NCBI RefSeq assembly: GCF_000143415.4
Contig: NW_003314356.1
Location: 372,001 to 436,000 of the forward strand
Direction of reading: 5' to 3'
DNA from: Selaginella moellendorffii
Lineage: Eukaryota; Plantae; Lycopodiophyta
Length of the DNA stretch: 64,000 nucleotides
Under the pieces are notes generated by a model. It saw nothing but the letters and a program-made list of their open reading frames with translations, searched no databases and was not told the origin of the DNA. This document shows, in pieces, positions 47,801-60,242 of the stretch. The position numbers were made by a program, and so were the translations under genes. Positions within the stretch are counted from its first letter, which is position 1. The number at the start of each line of letters is the position of its first letter.

Positions 47801-50800
47801 ATAGTTGAAGAAGAGTGTTAGTGCAATGTGGATATCTGGAGATGTGGTCTTCGTGATCAAGCCTTGGATGTTCACTTTGCATTTTGCGGATGTTGGTGTT
47901 GGATATCGGAAAAATGGGCATAATGTTCGATGCTTAAGCATACTATAAGTCATGAGAATTTGTGTTGAGGTGAACTTATGTGAAGTTGTTAGTAGGAAGA
48001 AGTTGGTTGAGTCTTGAAAGTTTGCATTTCTAGACTGAGAGTCATTCTTTCTCTAGGATGGAAATTTTCCACAAATTTTCTTAAGCCAAACAAACTAGTG
48101 AAGAGGTTAGAGTTGACTCTGGTTGGCTTAGACCTTAGTAGGTAGTTTGTATGATGCGGCCCGAAAGGGATGCTGACTTTTGGGGCTAAAACAATTGAGT
48201 TTGATAAAGTCTGGAGTTGGTGTAAAAAAGTGGTTGTTGCACTTTTCTAAGAAGGGTGATATTTGTGCCTTTCTTTTGTAGTATTATGCTTGGTGGCAGG
48301 TTGCACTTTGCATTTTGTTAAACTCTATGAGAGTAATAGGCTCTCATTGATCTTGACTTGGTCTTGGTGGCCCTGTACCTTGGCTGAGGATGGTGATGTC
48401 CAACTTAGTTGTTTGAGGTTGAGATGTTGGTACCCGTACTATAGCTTTGTCTATGAGGAGGTTGTGTACCAATATGAGTCCATCTCATGGTCTTCACTTT
48501 AGTTTCGACTAAATGTTGATCATGCATAGCTAGCCTCTTCAAGGCATGCTCAGAGTTATGGACTAAATGCATTAGTGAGCTTATTGTGGTTACGTTGGAT
48601 TCAAGTGGTTATTTAGTTTATGCTTGTCCATGAACCTTTATCTCATGCCTGAGATATTATGCTCATGTTGGACAAGTATATGACTAAATGGCATGAGTTT
48701 AGTGTTTGGGTCTTGTGAAAGCAAGTTGAAAAGTGATTGTTGGTTGCTTTGTGACTAATGATTGCTTATAGACTTTATCAAAGACTGTTGACACTTGCTT
48801 CACTCAATGATGATTTAACTGTGATGAGTTTACTTTACCAGATGGTGTTGCGGAGGATCGTGTCGTTTGACTTACATGGTTTTTCCATGTTAGTATATCG
48901 ATTCTACCTTTGTCGATGTCATATGGTTGCATTTAGTCTATGGTGTTGGATTTCATTAAGTCTTGGATATGGTGAATCACTCCTTGATGATGTGTTATCT
49001 GTACCTGAGTAATGTTGAAGGATTGGTCTCGGATACTAAATATAGTATCTTTGATTTTGGTTAGCTTGGTTGCTAAAGAGCTTTGAGTGGTGATTCACTC
49101 TTGCTTTCTTTTAGCTTTGTTATGGTGTTAATGGCATTGAAGTATTGCGTTGTCGTTGACATTATTGATGTTGAGATTCAAGTGAGATAAGATGTTTTTC
49201 CTTAAGATTGACTTTGAGTTTCATTAGTTTCAATAGAGATATTGTTGATGATTTGGTTGTAGCTTTGTGTTATTGGCATTCATGCATTTGCTAGTTAGCA
49301 ACTGTGTTGACATTCAAACAAACTGAGTGGCAATTTTGAGTTAGTTGTGTTTTAGACAAGATTATTTAGTAGAGGGTTGAGTTTTGGCTTTTCCTTGAAA
49401 AGTGATTTAATCGTGGACTATGCTAACTTTACTAGAGGAAGAGTTAGTGATTGATATTGAAATATTTGAATCCTTGTTGGATTTAAGTTGGAATATATCG
49501 ATCATTGATGATTCTTCTTGTGCTTGTTATGAAGTGAGTTAAGTCTTGTTATAGATGGATTCATGGAGGATCGGTTTAGTGATCACTTATTGAGCATAGC
49601 TTCATTATGTTTGGCTTTTGGATTAATGTAGATGTGCTCTTCATTAGCTTTGCATTATGAAGTTTAGCTTATGGATGTGTTGAGGCATTTTAGCTCATTA
49701 CCTTCGATGTTGTAGTTGGCTCTTGCATCTAGCAATCATTGGTGATGATTGACTATCATCTAAGATAGTTGGTTATCCTTGTTAAAAGGCTTTGCTTGAT
49801 TATTGTTGATAAAGAAATATTTGTTATTCTTTGGGATGGTAAATTCTTTCTTCAATGATGATTTTGCATCTTTTCATTGATGGGATGATTGATGATCTTT
49901 CATAATAGTTGTTTTCTTCGATGGCTTATGGCTTTTCACACTACCACATGTTCTTTGTGGTTTGTTCTAGATTGGTCTGTTAGTTTGAGTCATCAGTAGA
50001 ATGTGGCTGACACTTGCTTAAGCAACTTGAGTTCCTTGGTGTTGTTGGTTTAGCTAGTGTGATAGTTGGCATGAATGAGTGTTTGTTGGTTTTGCCACAT
50101 TCATTCTATTCTGTTGATTGTTGCTCAAGTTCATTTTGATAGATTGGGATGTTATTTCCTTCAAGTGATACATTCACGAACATTTTGCTTGCCAGTCGAT
50201 GATACTTTGTGTTCCTTAAATTATCTTTAGTAAGTTGTTTGGCATTCTATCTACAATCTTCAGTAGTTAGGTTTCATTATTGAGTTTCCCTGATGATACA
50301 CTAGTTATTGAATTTTGTTGAATGGTGAATCCTATGTTTACCAATAATAATGATCTTAGTGGTTCCTATACTCTAATCCTGATTTATCGGATGATAACTT
50401 ACTTGGAATACTTTTGTGTTCTAATCTAAGATATATTCACTGATTATTAAGTATCTAATATATCATTGTCTATGACTTTGATATTGTCCATCCATTGATC
50501 TTTGAGTTTGGGCTAGTATAGGCAAACTGGCTTCGGCACTTCGTGTGCATGATGAAATCTTTAGTCATGAGGTAGCTACTGTCGACTGGTAAGATAACCC
50601 ACCTCTTTGTCGATGTTCCTTATTCCGTTAAAAGGGTGTGACTATGTAAACAACTCTAACTGCTTGTTTACAGTAGTCTATCTAAACCTTACCGATGGGT
50701 TTAGTTTCTTTGCTCAGGAGGGTTGGAGCCTTTATCTTCTCTCTTTATGTCCCTGCGGACAGGGACATATCACACTTTTGTAAGTTGGGTGACTCCCAGA

Positions 50801-52208
50801 GCAGCAAGGGTGGCTGACTCCGTTGGTCATTTCCTTGTCGACGACGGCCGGAAGGTGTCTGAGCTGGTAGCGCATCCATATTAAACAAAGAGGTTGCATC
50901 CTAACTCATTTAAGCTGGTGCATTTCTCACATAGTGTGAGTACCGTGAACTTTTTCTGGAGTTGTTTCCTTGGAAGTATTCTAGACTTGAGTATGCATCG
51001 ACGAGGTCATCAATCTTCCCTAGGGGGGGAGAGTGTTGCAAATGTTACTTCAGGTATCGAAAGTTACCTATCGGATAGTCCTTATGGACACTCTTTCCTT
51101 ACTGCCATGATGGCAGGAGGTCGGTATTGCTAGGCCCATTATCAGTCTCCGCCTAAGCTAGTTGAGAAACTGGTCTTCATGTGTGCATTTGACCAGATGA
51201 GCATAAGGAAGGAATTCCTAAGAGTCTATTTAGTCAAGCATACTTGACCTGGTTAGAGAAACTCATTCGTTAACTTGCACTTGTTAGTGTTGGGAACCCC
51301 CACGATATTGAGATTCGGAACCCCTACGATATTGAGATTGGTCCCTCAATATTCACTATATGATATCTTACCGTGTCTGCCAAACACCCTCGCTATCATG
51401 CCCTTTGTATTAGTCTCATTTCGGTCCCAAATGCTATTTATGGAAAGTGTCCAGATTTGCTCATTTGGCATATCTACAGAATGTAGAGATTGTCCTGAAC
51501 ACAACGGTGTTCATCCCGTGTCCAAATTCACAATCTAGGGACATTCCATATTTAGTAAGTTTCGAGCTTGTCCCAGAGACTAACTCCTGATACTAAGGGA
51601 GGCTTGGGGTGAAAGCCCAAAGCATGTGTTCCTCAAGCGAGCGGGGGGGGCACTATGGGGGGTTCCAAATGTATAATAGGGATAGTGGGTAGGTCGGGCA
51701 TGGCTGACCAATCTGAGGCATAGTCTAGCTCCCACTTGCGTGTCTGTCCTTGTTCTGCGTCCAGCTTGGGTCTAAGCCCAAGTTCTATTCCATGCTAGCT
51801 AGTGGAGTACCCATGTCCTTGTGTTAGGCCACCAGTATGCCAAAATAGCACTAAACTCCGTTTGGCTCCGTTTTGTATGCTCATTCTGGCATTGGGATGC
51901 TAGTTGCTCTAGAACTGTTCCAAGTCGCTCCGGGCTCCTGTCCCTTCACTCCTTAGGCTGTATGCTTGGGAGTTGCTCCGTGGTTCAATTTCGTCACTCC
52001 TTGGCTTCATGCTTGGGAGTTTGGCACCGTTCCTTTGTTCAGTGGCCCAAGGCCCTGAACCTCGGGTTCCACACCACTGTCCTTTGGACACATGGCATAT
52101 GACGTATGGCATCTTTCACATGGCACAAAGAGGGTTTAGGTTCTCCTTCGTGGTGTTATCCTATGGTAAATCACCAGAGGATAAAGGGTAAAAACCACAT
52201 GCGCTACA
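44846..52208 (+). mobile_element. Family-F LTR element lacking gag-pol (LARD-like) and carrying sequence X
   Basis: LTRs at 44846-45995 and 51034-52208. Degenerate iMet PBS at 45998-46009, PPT AGGGGGGGAGAG at 51022-51033. Flanks GTCTT/GTCTC. Confidence 0.85.
47499..47786. mobile_element. MITE (288 bp) with 26-bp perfect TIRs and a 4-bp TSD ATTG
   Basis: ATGCTTTATTTTGTTAAAGTGGAACT ... AGTTCCACTTTAACAAAATAAAGCAT around an AT-rich core. Absent from the homologous site at ~11850-11870. Confidence 0.9.
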
Positions 52209-52750
52209 GTCTCGATCATAAGAAAGGTCATGAATAAGGATAGGCTTGATATCACTACAATACTCCAAGTCTTGAGCAAGTGGATGTACATTGATAATAG
52301 ACCAAAATACAATAGAGATAGGGATAGGGATCAAGTGTTAACTCTCTCCCTTAACTATTCTTATTTGGTGGCAACCGCCACTTCTTCCTGAGTCTTGATT
52401 GTCATGATTATAGCTTTGATGTTAAGAGAGTGGCACCTATGAATTCATTCTTAGCATAATCCTAACTCTTAAAAAAAGTCCCAAATGCATGGTTAATCAG
52501 TTGTGCTTCAACCATATTATATGAGCTTGTGCTTGAGCTCATAAGATAGATTAAAATGTTCTATTTAAATGAGTTTGTGCTTGGGCTCCTATATAAGGTA
52601 TACTAGCAACTTAAAGTTACATTTTGAGGTAGCAAGATTAATTTTAGCCTATAGGGATTAGTCTATTATATTAAATAGTTATAGCCGCACTCTCTCATAC
52701 ACTTTTTTTGGATTGAATCAAAAGCAATGCAAAAGCAAGCTTGAGGTTTA

Positions 52751-54020
52751 TGTAAGCGACTAATTTTTCCATTCTACTTTAGTCACTTAGCCACACCTTC
52801 GACCACTTGGAGGAGTCTCACTTGCAACCTCCATAAGTCCTATTCCAGACTTGGGCTTGCTAGCCTTGAGAATAGCATCCCCGTCACTCAACTTTTGCAC
52901 TTGGTCCAAGTGCTCCACATGTCCAATCCCATAACCAACACCCCAAAGTACCACCGACATATCAGATTGTTACGCTAAGGCCATGCCCCTTCACCTTGGT
53001 CACACCGGTGGTCTAACACCACCTGCACCACAGTCTCGTCTTTCAAAAACTGGGCTATCCATCCATGTAGCGCATGTGGTTTTTACCCTTTATCCTATGG
53101 TGATTTACCATAGGACAACACCATGAAGCGGAACCTAAACCCTCTTTATGCCATGTGTCACATGCCACGTGTCTAAAGGATAGTGGTGCGCAACCTGAGG
53201 TTCAGGGTCTTGGGCCACTGAACAAAGGAACAGTGCTAAACTCCCGAGCATGGAGCCAAGGAGTGACAGAACCTGACCACAAAGCAACTCCCGAGTGTAC
53301 AGCCCAAGGAGCGAAGGGACAAGAGCCCGAAGCAACTTGGAACAGTCCTAGAGGAACTAGCATCCCAATGCCAGGACCAGCATGCAAAACAGAGCCAAAC
53401 GGAGTCTGGCACTATTTGGACACGGGACAAACATCATTGTGTTCAGGCCAATCTCTACATTCCGTAGATATGCCAAATGAGCAAATCTAGACACTTTCCA
53501 TAAATAGTATTTGGGACCAAAGTGAGACTCACACAAAGGGCATGATAGCAAGGGTGTTTGGCAAACAAGGAAAGCTATCATCTAGTGAATATTGAGGGAC
53601 CAATCTCAATCTTAATATTGCAGGGGTTCTTGATACTAGCAAGTGCAAGCCAATGACAGGAGTTTCTTAAACCAGGCTGAGTATGCTCAATAAGAAACAC
53701 ATAGGGTTCCTACCTTATGTTTATCCGATTTAAGTACACGGTCATTGACCAGTTTCTCAACTAGCCCAAGTGGGAACTGATAATAGGCCCAACAATACTG
53801 ACCTCCTACCATCATGGCAGTAAGGAAAGAATATTCGAAAGGATTAGCCAACAAGTAACTTTTGATACCCTAAGTCATATTCACAATAATCCATGAGTGA
53901 TCATCCCAGATCCACTCCTTAGCATCCTTAGGATGCCTGTAGATATGGGGAATAGCCTTCCCCAATATCCCTTTTCCGGTCCCCACCAGGTCCCTTTCTG
54001 TCCATGGCCGTGTTCACCAA
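52751..54020 (-). repeat. 3' part of the split E LTR (interrupted by a solo F LTR)
   Basis: Reverse complement of ~43608-44049. Ends GTCGCTTACA followed by TAAAC on the minus strand. Confidence 0.85.
53066..53888 (-). repeat. Solo F LTR (internally deleted)
   Basis: Reverse complement of the F LTR. TSD ATCCA at 53061-53065 and 53889-53893. Confidence 0.88.
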
Positions 54021-54025
54021 CACTG

Positions 54026-55185
54026 TGTAAGCCACAAATTTTTCCTTTCCAATTTGCCAGCTTACCTCGTCTATCCGACCAACACTGCCTTGGCTTGTGC
54101 TAAGTTCCCTCGCCAAGGTTCTCGCTTATGGTACCAGCTCCTACTTGGTCCTACTTGCTTTCAGCTACTCACTGCATGAGCAACAGAGTGTTAGCTATCC
54201 ATCCACGGATTCCCAAATCACTCCCAATCCCCCTCCCCGGGTTAGACTGAACTTAAGGTTCGGCTACACTCCCCGCAGGCACAAGCAGCCAAGCACACCA
54301 AGCCTCCAGATTCCTAACACCCCTTGGTACCACAAGACTTGATCATGGGACCCTCTAAATCCCAAGCCTTGGGTGCAGCACTTGCTTCGGGACGTCGGGG
54401 CGAAACACCGTGGCCTAACGGCCCGGTATGGGTACCTCTACCCCCCCACTTGAATCCCGAAGGGAAGGCCCAAGCCCCTAGGAAGGGCGAGGACCAATGA
54501 GCCACAAGGTACTCAAGTGGGGCACCACTCCACATGAGCCAGGAGCACCGCAGTCGGTTTCCCTTTCGGGAGTGGGAGCTGCTCTTGAACACTTCCCTGG
54601 GTGGCCCCTCCGGCACGACTCAAGCCTATGCTCACTCCCACCCAAGGCCCCTCAGCCCCAGTCTCAACCTCAAGTCGGTTTGGAAGCCCCACTGGAGAGT
54701 TCCTTCAAGACTGGTTCCTGGACCTCACTATCCCTACTATACTTTTGGAACCCCCTGCAGCCCCCCCCCCCCTGAGAGACGCACGCTTTGGGCTTTCACC
54801 CCTTGACCCGTATTAGTACTCGGACTTAGTCTCTGGCTCGATCTCGGACTCGATCTCGGATCTGACTTCGGATTCGGTCTCGGACTTGATCTCGGACTCG
54901 ATCTCGGACTTGATCTCGGACCCGACCTCGGACTCGACCTCGGACTTGGTCTCGGACCCGATTTCGGATCTCGGACTCCGTCTCAAGCTCGGTCTCGAAT
55001 TCGGACTCGAACTCGGTCTCCGAGTCGGTCTCAAACTCGATTCCGGACTCTATCTCGAACTCGGTCTTAGAGTCGGTCTTGGACTCGATCTTAGACTTGG
55101 TCTCATCCGATGAACTCTTTATCATTTTGGTCAAGCTTTCGGGGTTCCTTTAGCCTACGACACTTAGGCAAGTTGGTTCCTTACA
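54026..55185 (-). repeat. Family-C 3' LTR, the true partner of 23668-24826
   Basis: Near-identical to 23668-24826. PPT TATGGGTGGTGGAGT at 55186-55200. Followed on the minus strand by TSD CAGTG. Confidence 0.92.
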
Positions 55186-55969
55186 ACTCCACCACCCATA
55201 GAAGAAGTTCGATGCCCACATCGAACGTCTCTTTTTTATCCTATGACTTGTTGACCATGTCTCCGGGGGCATCCCCCCACTTAGCGGTATGCCTAAGTTA
55301 GCTTCCCCGGCCAAGAGCCCATGACAACGGAATATAGGTGTCCTTATAATCCTCACCTCACCACGCCCTAGTATGGGGTCGGGACTTGAACCCAGCCTTG
55401 CTTTACTAGGGGGTTGGGACTCGAACCCAACCTCCTTAGAATACGTCTACAGATTCGACATCCCCGCAGGGAGTTGGGGGTAGCTCCCTACGCCTGGTCG
55501 ACCTAGCTAACCCATGCTAATTAGTTTACCTTCGGCGCGCCTTCGGGTCCCAACATATGCCATTGCTCAACTTCACAAATTAATACTTTGATTGAACTTT
55601 GCATAAGTACATAGAGTTCTGCCTTGCAGAAATTCCTCCACTAGATCTTGCGCATTCGCTAGATTCTCCTCCGGTTCCCATGTTGCTTCGCAGTGTGGAA
55701 ATCCTTTCCACTTCATATGGAACTCTCTCACCTCGCGTCCTTGTCGCTTGCTCTTGCGCGCATTGAGGATGGCCTCGACTTCGTATTCCTCTTCCTCTTG
55801 GATAACCTCAGGTAAAGGTCTTACTTGGTCCTTGCAAAGCAGATCCTCAAAATACGGCTTGAGTAAGTTCACGTGGAACACGGGATGCATCTTTCCCATC
55901 TCTTGAGGAAGTCAGAGTCAGTAAGCCACTTTACCGATTCGAGCCTCAATTTCGTAAGGCCCCGCGAAC

Positions 55970-56021
55970 CTACTTAAGGAACTCAAGATCAATTCATTTA
56001 CAGGAATACATGCATTTTTAC
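55970..56021 (-). other. Intron 2 in the second C copy
   Basis: 52 nt, GTAAAA...CCTTAAGTAG. Confidence 0.85.
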
Positions 56022-56439
56022 CTTTGGGTCAACTTTCGGCTGATCCCACTCAGTAGCCTAAGGTTCTTGGTGTTCAGCCACACCTTCTTCCCAGCTTGGA
56101 ACTCTACATCCCGGCGCTTTTGGTTCGTGTACTTAGTTTGCCTTTGTTGAGCTCGTTCCAAGGAATCCCTCACTAGATTCCAAATGTTGAGTCTTTCCGC
56201 TGTGAATGCCTCCACTACGGGTAACTCTCCATGATACTCGGCCACGCCGAGTTCCACAGGACCTTCAATAGCTCGCCCATTGATGACTTCCCATGGACTC
56301 ACCCCAATACTCGAATGTGGTGAGTTGTTATAACACATTTCCGCAAGGCCCAAATGACTTACCCAATTGGTCTGGTCTCCCGAGACATAGCATCACAAAT
56401 AATCCTCCAGCTGCCTATTCACCCTTTCCGTTTGTCCGT

Positions 56440-56486
56440 CTGTCAAGAAGTGTTAGTGCCACCAAACTTGACTTAATACCCCATAC
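56440..56486 (-). other. Intron 1 in the second C copy
   Basis: Same 47-nt GTATGG...CTAAC...GACAG sequence. Confidence 0.85.
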
Positions 56487-59400
56487 CTGTCTGTGGGTGG
56501 TAGGCTGTGCTAAATTTCAACTTGGTGCGATACTGTTCCAGGAGAGTCCTCCAGAACTTACTAGTGAAGATCTTATCTCGATCTGAGATGATCTCTTCCG
56601 GCCTTCCCCGTACTCGAACCACTTGTTCGAAGAACAGCTTCGCCACACCTTCCGCATCCACTTCCGTTGTGGTGGGTATGAAATGTGCCATTTTTGAAAA
56701 TTGGTCCACCACCACGAATATCGCATCAAACCCCTCGTTTGGGGGAAGTCCCGTGATGAAGTCCATCGTAAGACATTTCCACAGACGATGTGGAATTGGG
56801 ATGCTTTGCAACAAGCCCCCACTAGCCTTAGTCACGGCTTTGACCTGTTGACATGTTGGACATGTCTTTACATAGTCTTGGACGTCCTTAGCCATATCTG
56901 GCCAATGGTACTTCCTCTTGAGTAAGCCCATCGTCTTGGGCACTCCGCCGTGTCCCGCAAGAGGTCCGTCATGACACTCTTCTAAGGCTGCCTTCCTTAG
57001 TTCCCCTTCTGAAACATACACCCTCGTTTGCTTGTAATAGATGAGTTTGTTGCGTTCCGCATAGCCCGTTTTCTCTTCCGTTGGCAGCTCACCTCTCTGG
57101 TGAGCTTCCCGTGCCTCCAGATTCCTCAGCAACACTTCTTGTGCTAGACCATCGTTCTCATATGCTGTCCACACATCGTCCCCGAAGGTTGTTGTTGTGC
57201 TGGATATCGCCAACCTCAAGCTCGCTTTTCAACTTAGCGCATCCGCCACGATGTTGCTCTTCCCAGGCTTGTACAAAATCTCGCAATCAAACTCGGCCAA
57301 GGCATTGGCCCATCGACCTTGTTTCCCTCTCAGGTCGGGCTGTGACAAGAAGTGTTTCGTTGCCACATTGTCCGTGTAAACCTTGAAGTTTCTCCCAAGG
57401 TAGTGTCGCCACTCCTTGAGCGCCTTGACCACCGCAAACAATTCCTTCTCGTGGGCAGGCCACTTTCGTTGAGCCTTGTCCAACTTCTTCGAGAAGAATG
57501 CTACTAGATATTTGTCTTGCTTCAAAACTGCGCCCAACGCAAAGTCCGAAGCATCCGTGTCTACCTCAAAGTCCTTACCAAAATCTGGTAATGCCAACAC
57601 TGGAGCCTTCCTCAACTTCCCTTTGAGGTGGACGAATGCCGCCTCGCATTCTGCTGTCCATACCATCTTCCCTTTTCCTGTTTGGTCCGTGAAGGGTAGT
57701 GCTACTCTCGAATAGTGTCTGATAAACTTTCGATAGTAGTTGCATAGCCCCAAGAACGCCCTCAACTCATGTACATTCGATGGTCGCTCCCATTCCTGGA
57801 TCGCTTGGACCTTTTCCGGGTCCACCTTGAGCCCGTCCTAGCCCACCACATGCCCGAGAAACTTTACCTCTTGTTGAGCAAAGTCACATTTGCTCTCTTT
57901 AGCATACAGTTTGTGTTCCCTTAGTTTCTCAAACACCTTCGCCAAGTGTTCGGCATGCTCCTCTAGCGTCTCGCTATAGATCAGGATGTCGTCGATATAG
58001 ACGACCACGAAGTGATCCAGATAGGGTACAAAGATGTGGTTCATTAGCACCAAAAACGTGGCCGGCGCATTGCATAGCCCAAAGGGCATCACCAGAAACT
58101 CAAAGCTCCCATACCTCGTTCGACAGGTTGTCTTCTCGACATCTTCCTCGGCTACCCTGATCTGGTAGTATCCTGACTTTAAGTCAATCCTCGAGAAGTA
58201 TTTTGCCTTTCCCAACCTATCGAACAGGTCCTCAATTCTTGGCAAAGGGTACTTGTTTTTCTTTGTATACTTGTTGAGCAACCGGTAGTCTATGCACATG
58301 CGCATAGAATCATCTTTGTTTTTCACAAATAACACCGGCGCCCCATACGGCGACTTGCTCAACCTAACATACCCTTTGTCCACCAACTCCTCTAGTTGGC
58401 ACTTGAGCTCCTTGAGTTCTTTTTCGTTCAAACGATAGGGTGGACGAACCACCGCCTCAGCACCCTCGACCAGCTCAATCTTATGTTCTATCGGTCGTGT
58501 GGGGGGCAACCCCGCCGGTAGCTCCTCCGGCATGGTATCCTGGAATTGGTCCAACACCCGCTGGATCACCAAAGGTACTTCTTCCTTTCCTATCTTTTTG
58601 TCACTCTTCACCGAGAGTAAGCAGAAAAAGGCTGCCTTAGTTCCTTTGGTGAGTTGTCCTCTCGTGGACACCAGGTTTAAGCAGGAATCTTTGGCCTTGC
58701 TTTGCCCTACTTTTAGATCCTGGGCCTCCACCCTAGATCTTCTTCCTTGGGCATTCGCCAGTACCACAAGGTTCCTACCTTGTCCATGCATGGCTACCAC
58801 GAACCGATTAAATCAATCCATCCCAAAGATCATGTCAAATCCCGCCATGTCCAACACGGTGAAATCCATGTCTACTTTCCATGTCCCTACTTCGACTCTC
58901 GCTTGTCGAAGTACCTCATCGGTGCTTTGGCTACCTTGAACAAACTCTATTGTCCTTGGTTCGCCTAGTCGCTCCACCGTTAGTTCGGCTTGCCGGACTA
59001 TGTCTGCAGCCACAAAATTATCCGAAGCACCCGTGTCAATAAGGATGTTAACAAAGCTACCTTCGAGCTTCCCTCGGAGGGCTAGTAGATGTCGCGAATG
59101 ACTCTCTACCAAAGTTTCTCATGTTATGAGTAACTTTGAATTAGGGACTGGATCACATACCTCAGTTTGGACTTCACCCGACTTGATTGCCATATTGGCT
59201 TTGGCCTTCTTCGGGTAGGGACATTCCCTCGAAAAGTGTCCCGCTTCACCGCAGTTGTAACATACGTTGTTTCCCACGCTGCTATACGACTTGACCTTCT
59301 TATCCGTGAGTTTGTCTTTTTTCGCTTGACTCCCCCACGTAGTCGCTCACTGGCCACCGGATTTGCCTTTCCGGAACCCCGAGGACTCATTCTTAGAGAA

Positions 59401-60242
59401 ACTCTTCTTGAATTTCCCCCTGCTATACGTTTCCCTTGGTTTGGCCCCTTTGCTAAACGTGATCCCGACCCCGTCGTGTTCCCCTTTTGCAGGTTATCGT
59501 TGAAATGCACCTTGATGGCCGCATCCAACGCTTCCTTGTAGTTGGTCGGGTTCCACCGCATCACCTCGCCGCGAGCCCAGGTTTGCAAACCTGATATGAA
59601 GGCATGGAACGCATCCATATCCCCCATGTCCGTGACCAGTATCCTCTTTGCCATGAACCCATTCACATATTCTTGGATGGTTCCAGTCTGCTTCAGCCTA
59701 CTCAACTCATCTCTCAGATGCAGAGTGGCATTCGGAGGAACGTATGTTGTGCGGATCCTCGCCTTCATCATGTCCCAAGTGGCCACCGGTCCTTCATTGG
59801 CCTCTGTCGTTCTCCACCAAGACTTGGCATTATCTGCTAAGTATGGTTTTGCACATGGGACCTTCTTCGAGCTCGGTAATCGCAACGCTCGGAAGTAGTC
59901 CTCCATATCGTAAAACCAATCCTCCACCACCTTATAGTAATTCACTCCCTTGAAGACCGGTGGGGGCTTTGGTTTGTACTTGGGAACTGCTTGAGGGACT
60001 GATTCTACTTCGGTCTATTCGACCTTGTCTGGTTTTGCCTCAGTCCCTGCCGAAGGGTCCGCACCTTCTGCGCTGCCAGCATCCGCAGTCTTTCTCTTTT
60101 TCTTCCGCTTCTCGTCACGGTTTAGCTTGCGTACGAGAGTCTCCAGCAGGGCATTGGTCTATGCCAACTGTCCTTCTAGCACGTCCAATCGAGGCTTGGA
60201 CGACCGAACCTCGCCACCGGACTCCTGTTTGGAAGTTTCCTC

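Larger units (their letters stand above)
55573..60242 (-). pseudogene. Family-C gag-pol, second copy: complete RT, RH, integrase with the same two introns and an intact type-I chromodomain; 5' end deleted
   Basis: ORFs 59124-59945, 58813-59112, 57838-58800, 57229-57825, 56473-57219, 56018-56353 and 55573-55899 (YEVEAIL...KWKGFPHCEATWEPEENL). Confidence 0.93.

Noticed and set aside
55570-55622. AT-rich ~50 nt after the chromodomain as a GC-AG intron
   Set aside because: The donor and acceptor are weak, only one copy is available, and no conserved motif is restored by removing it.
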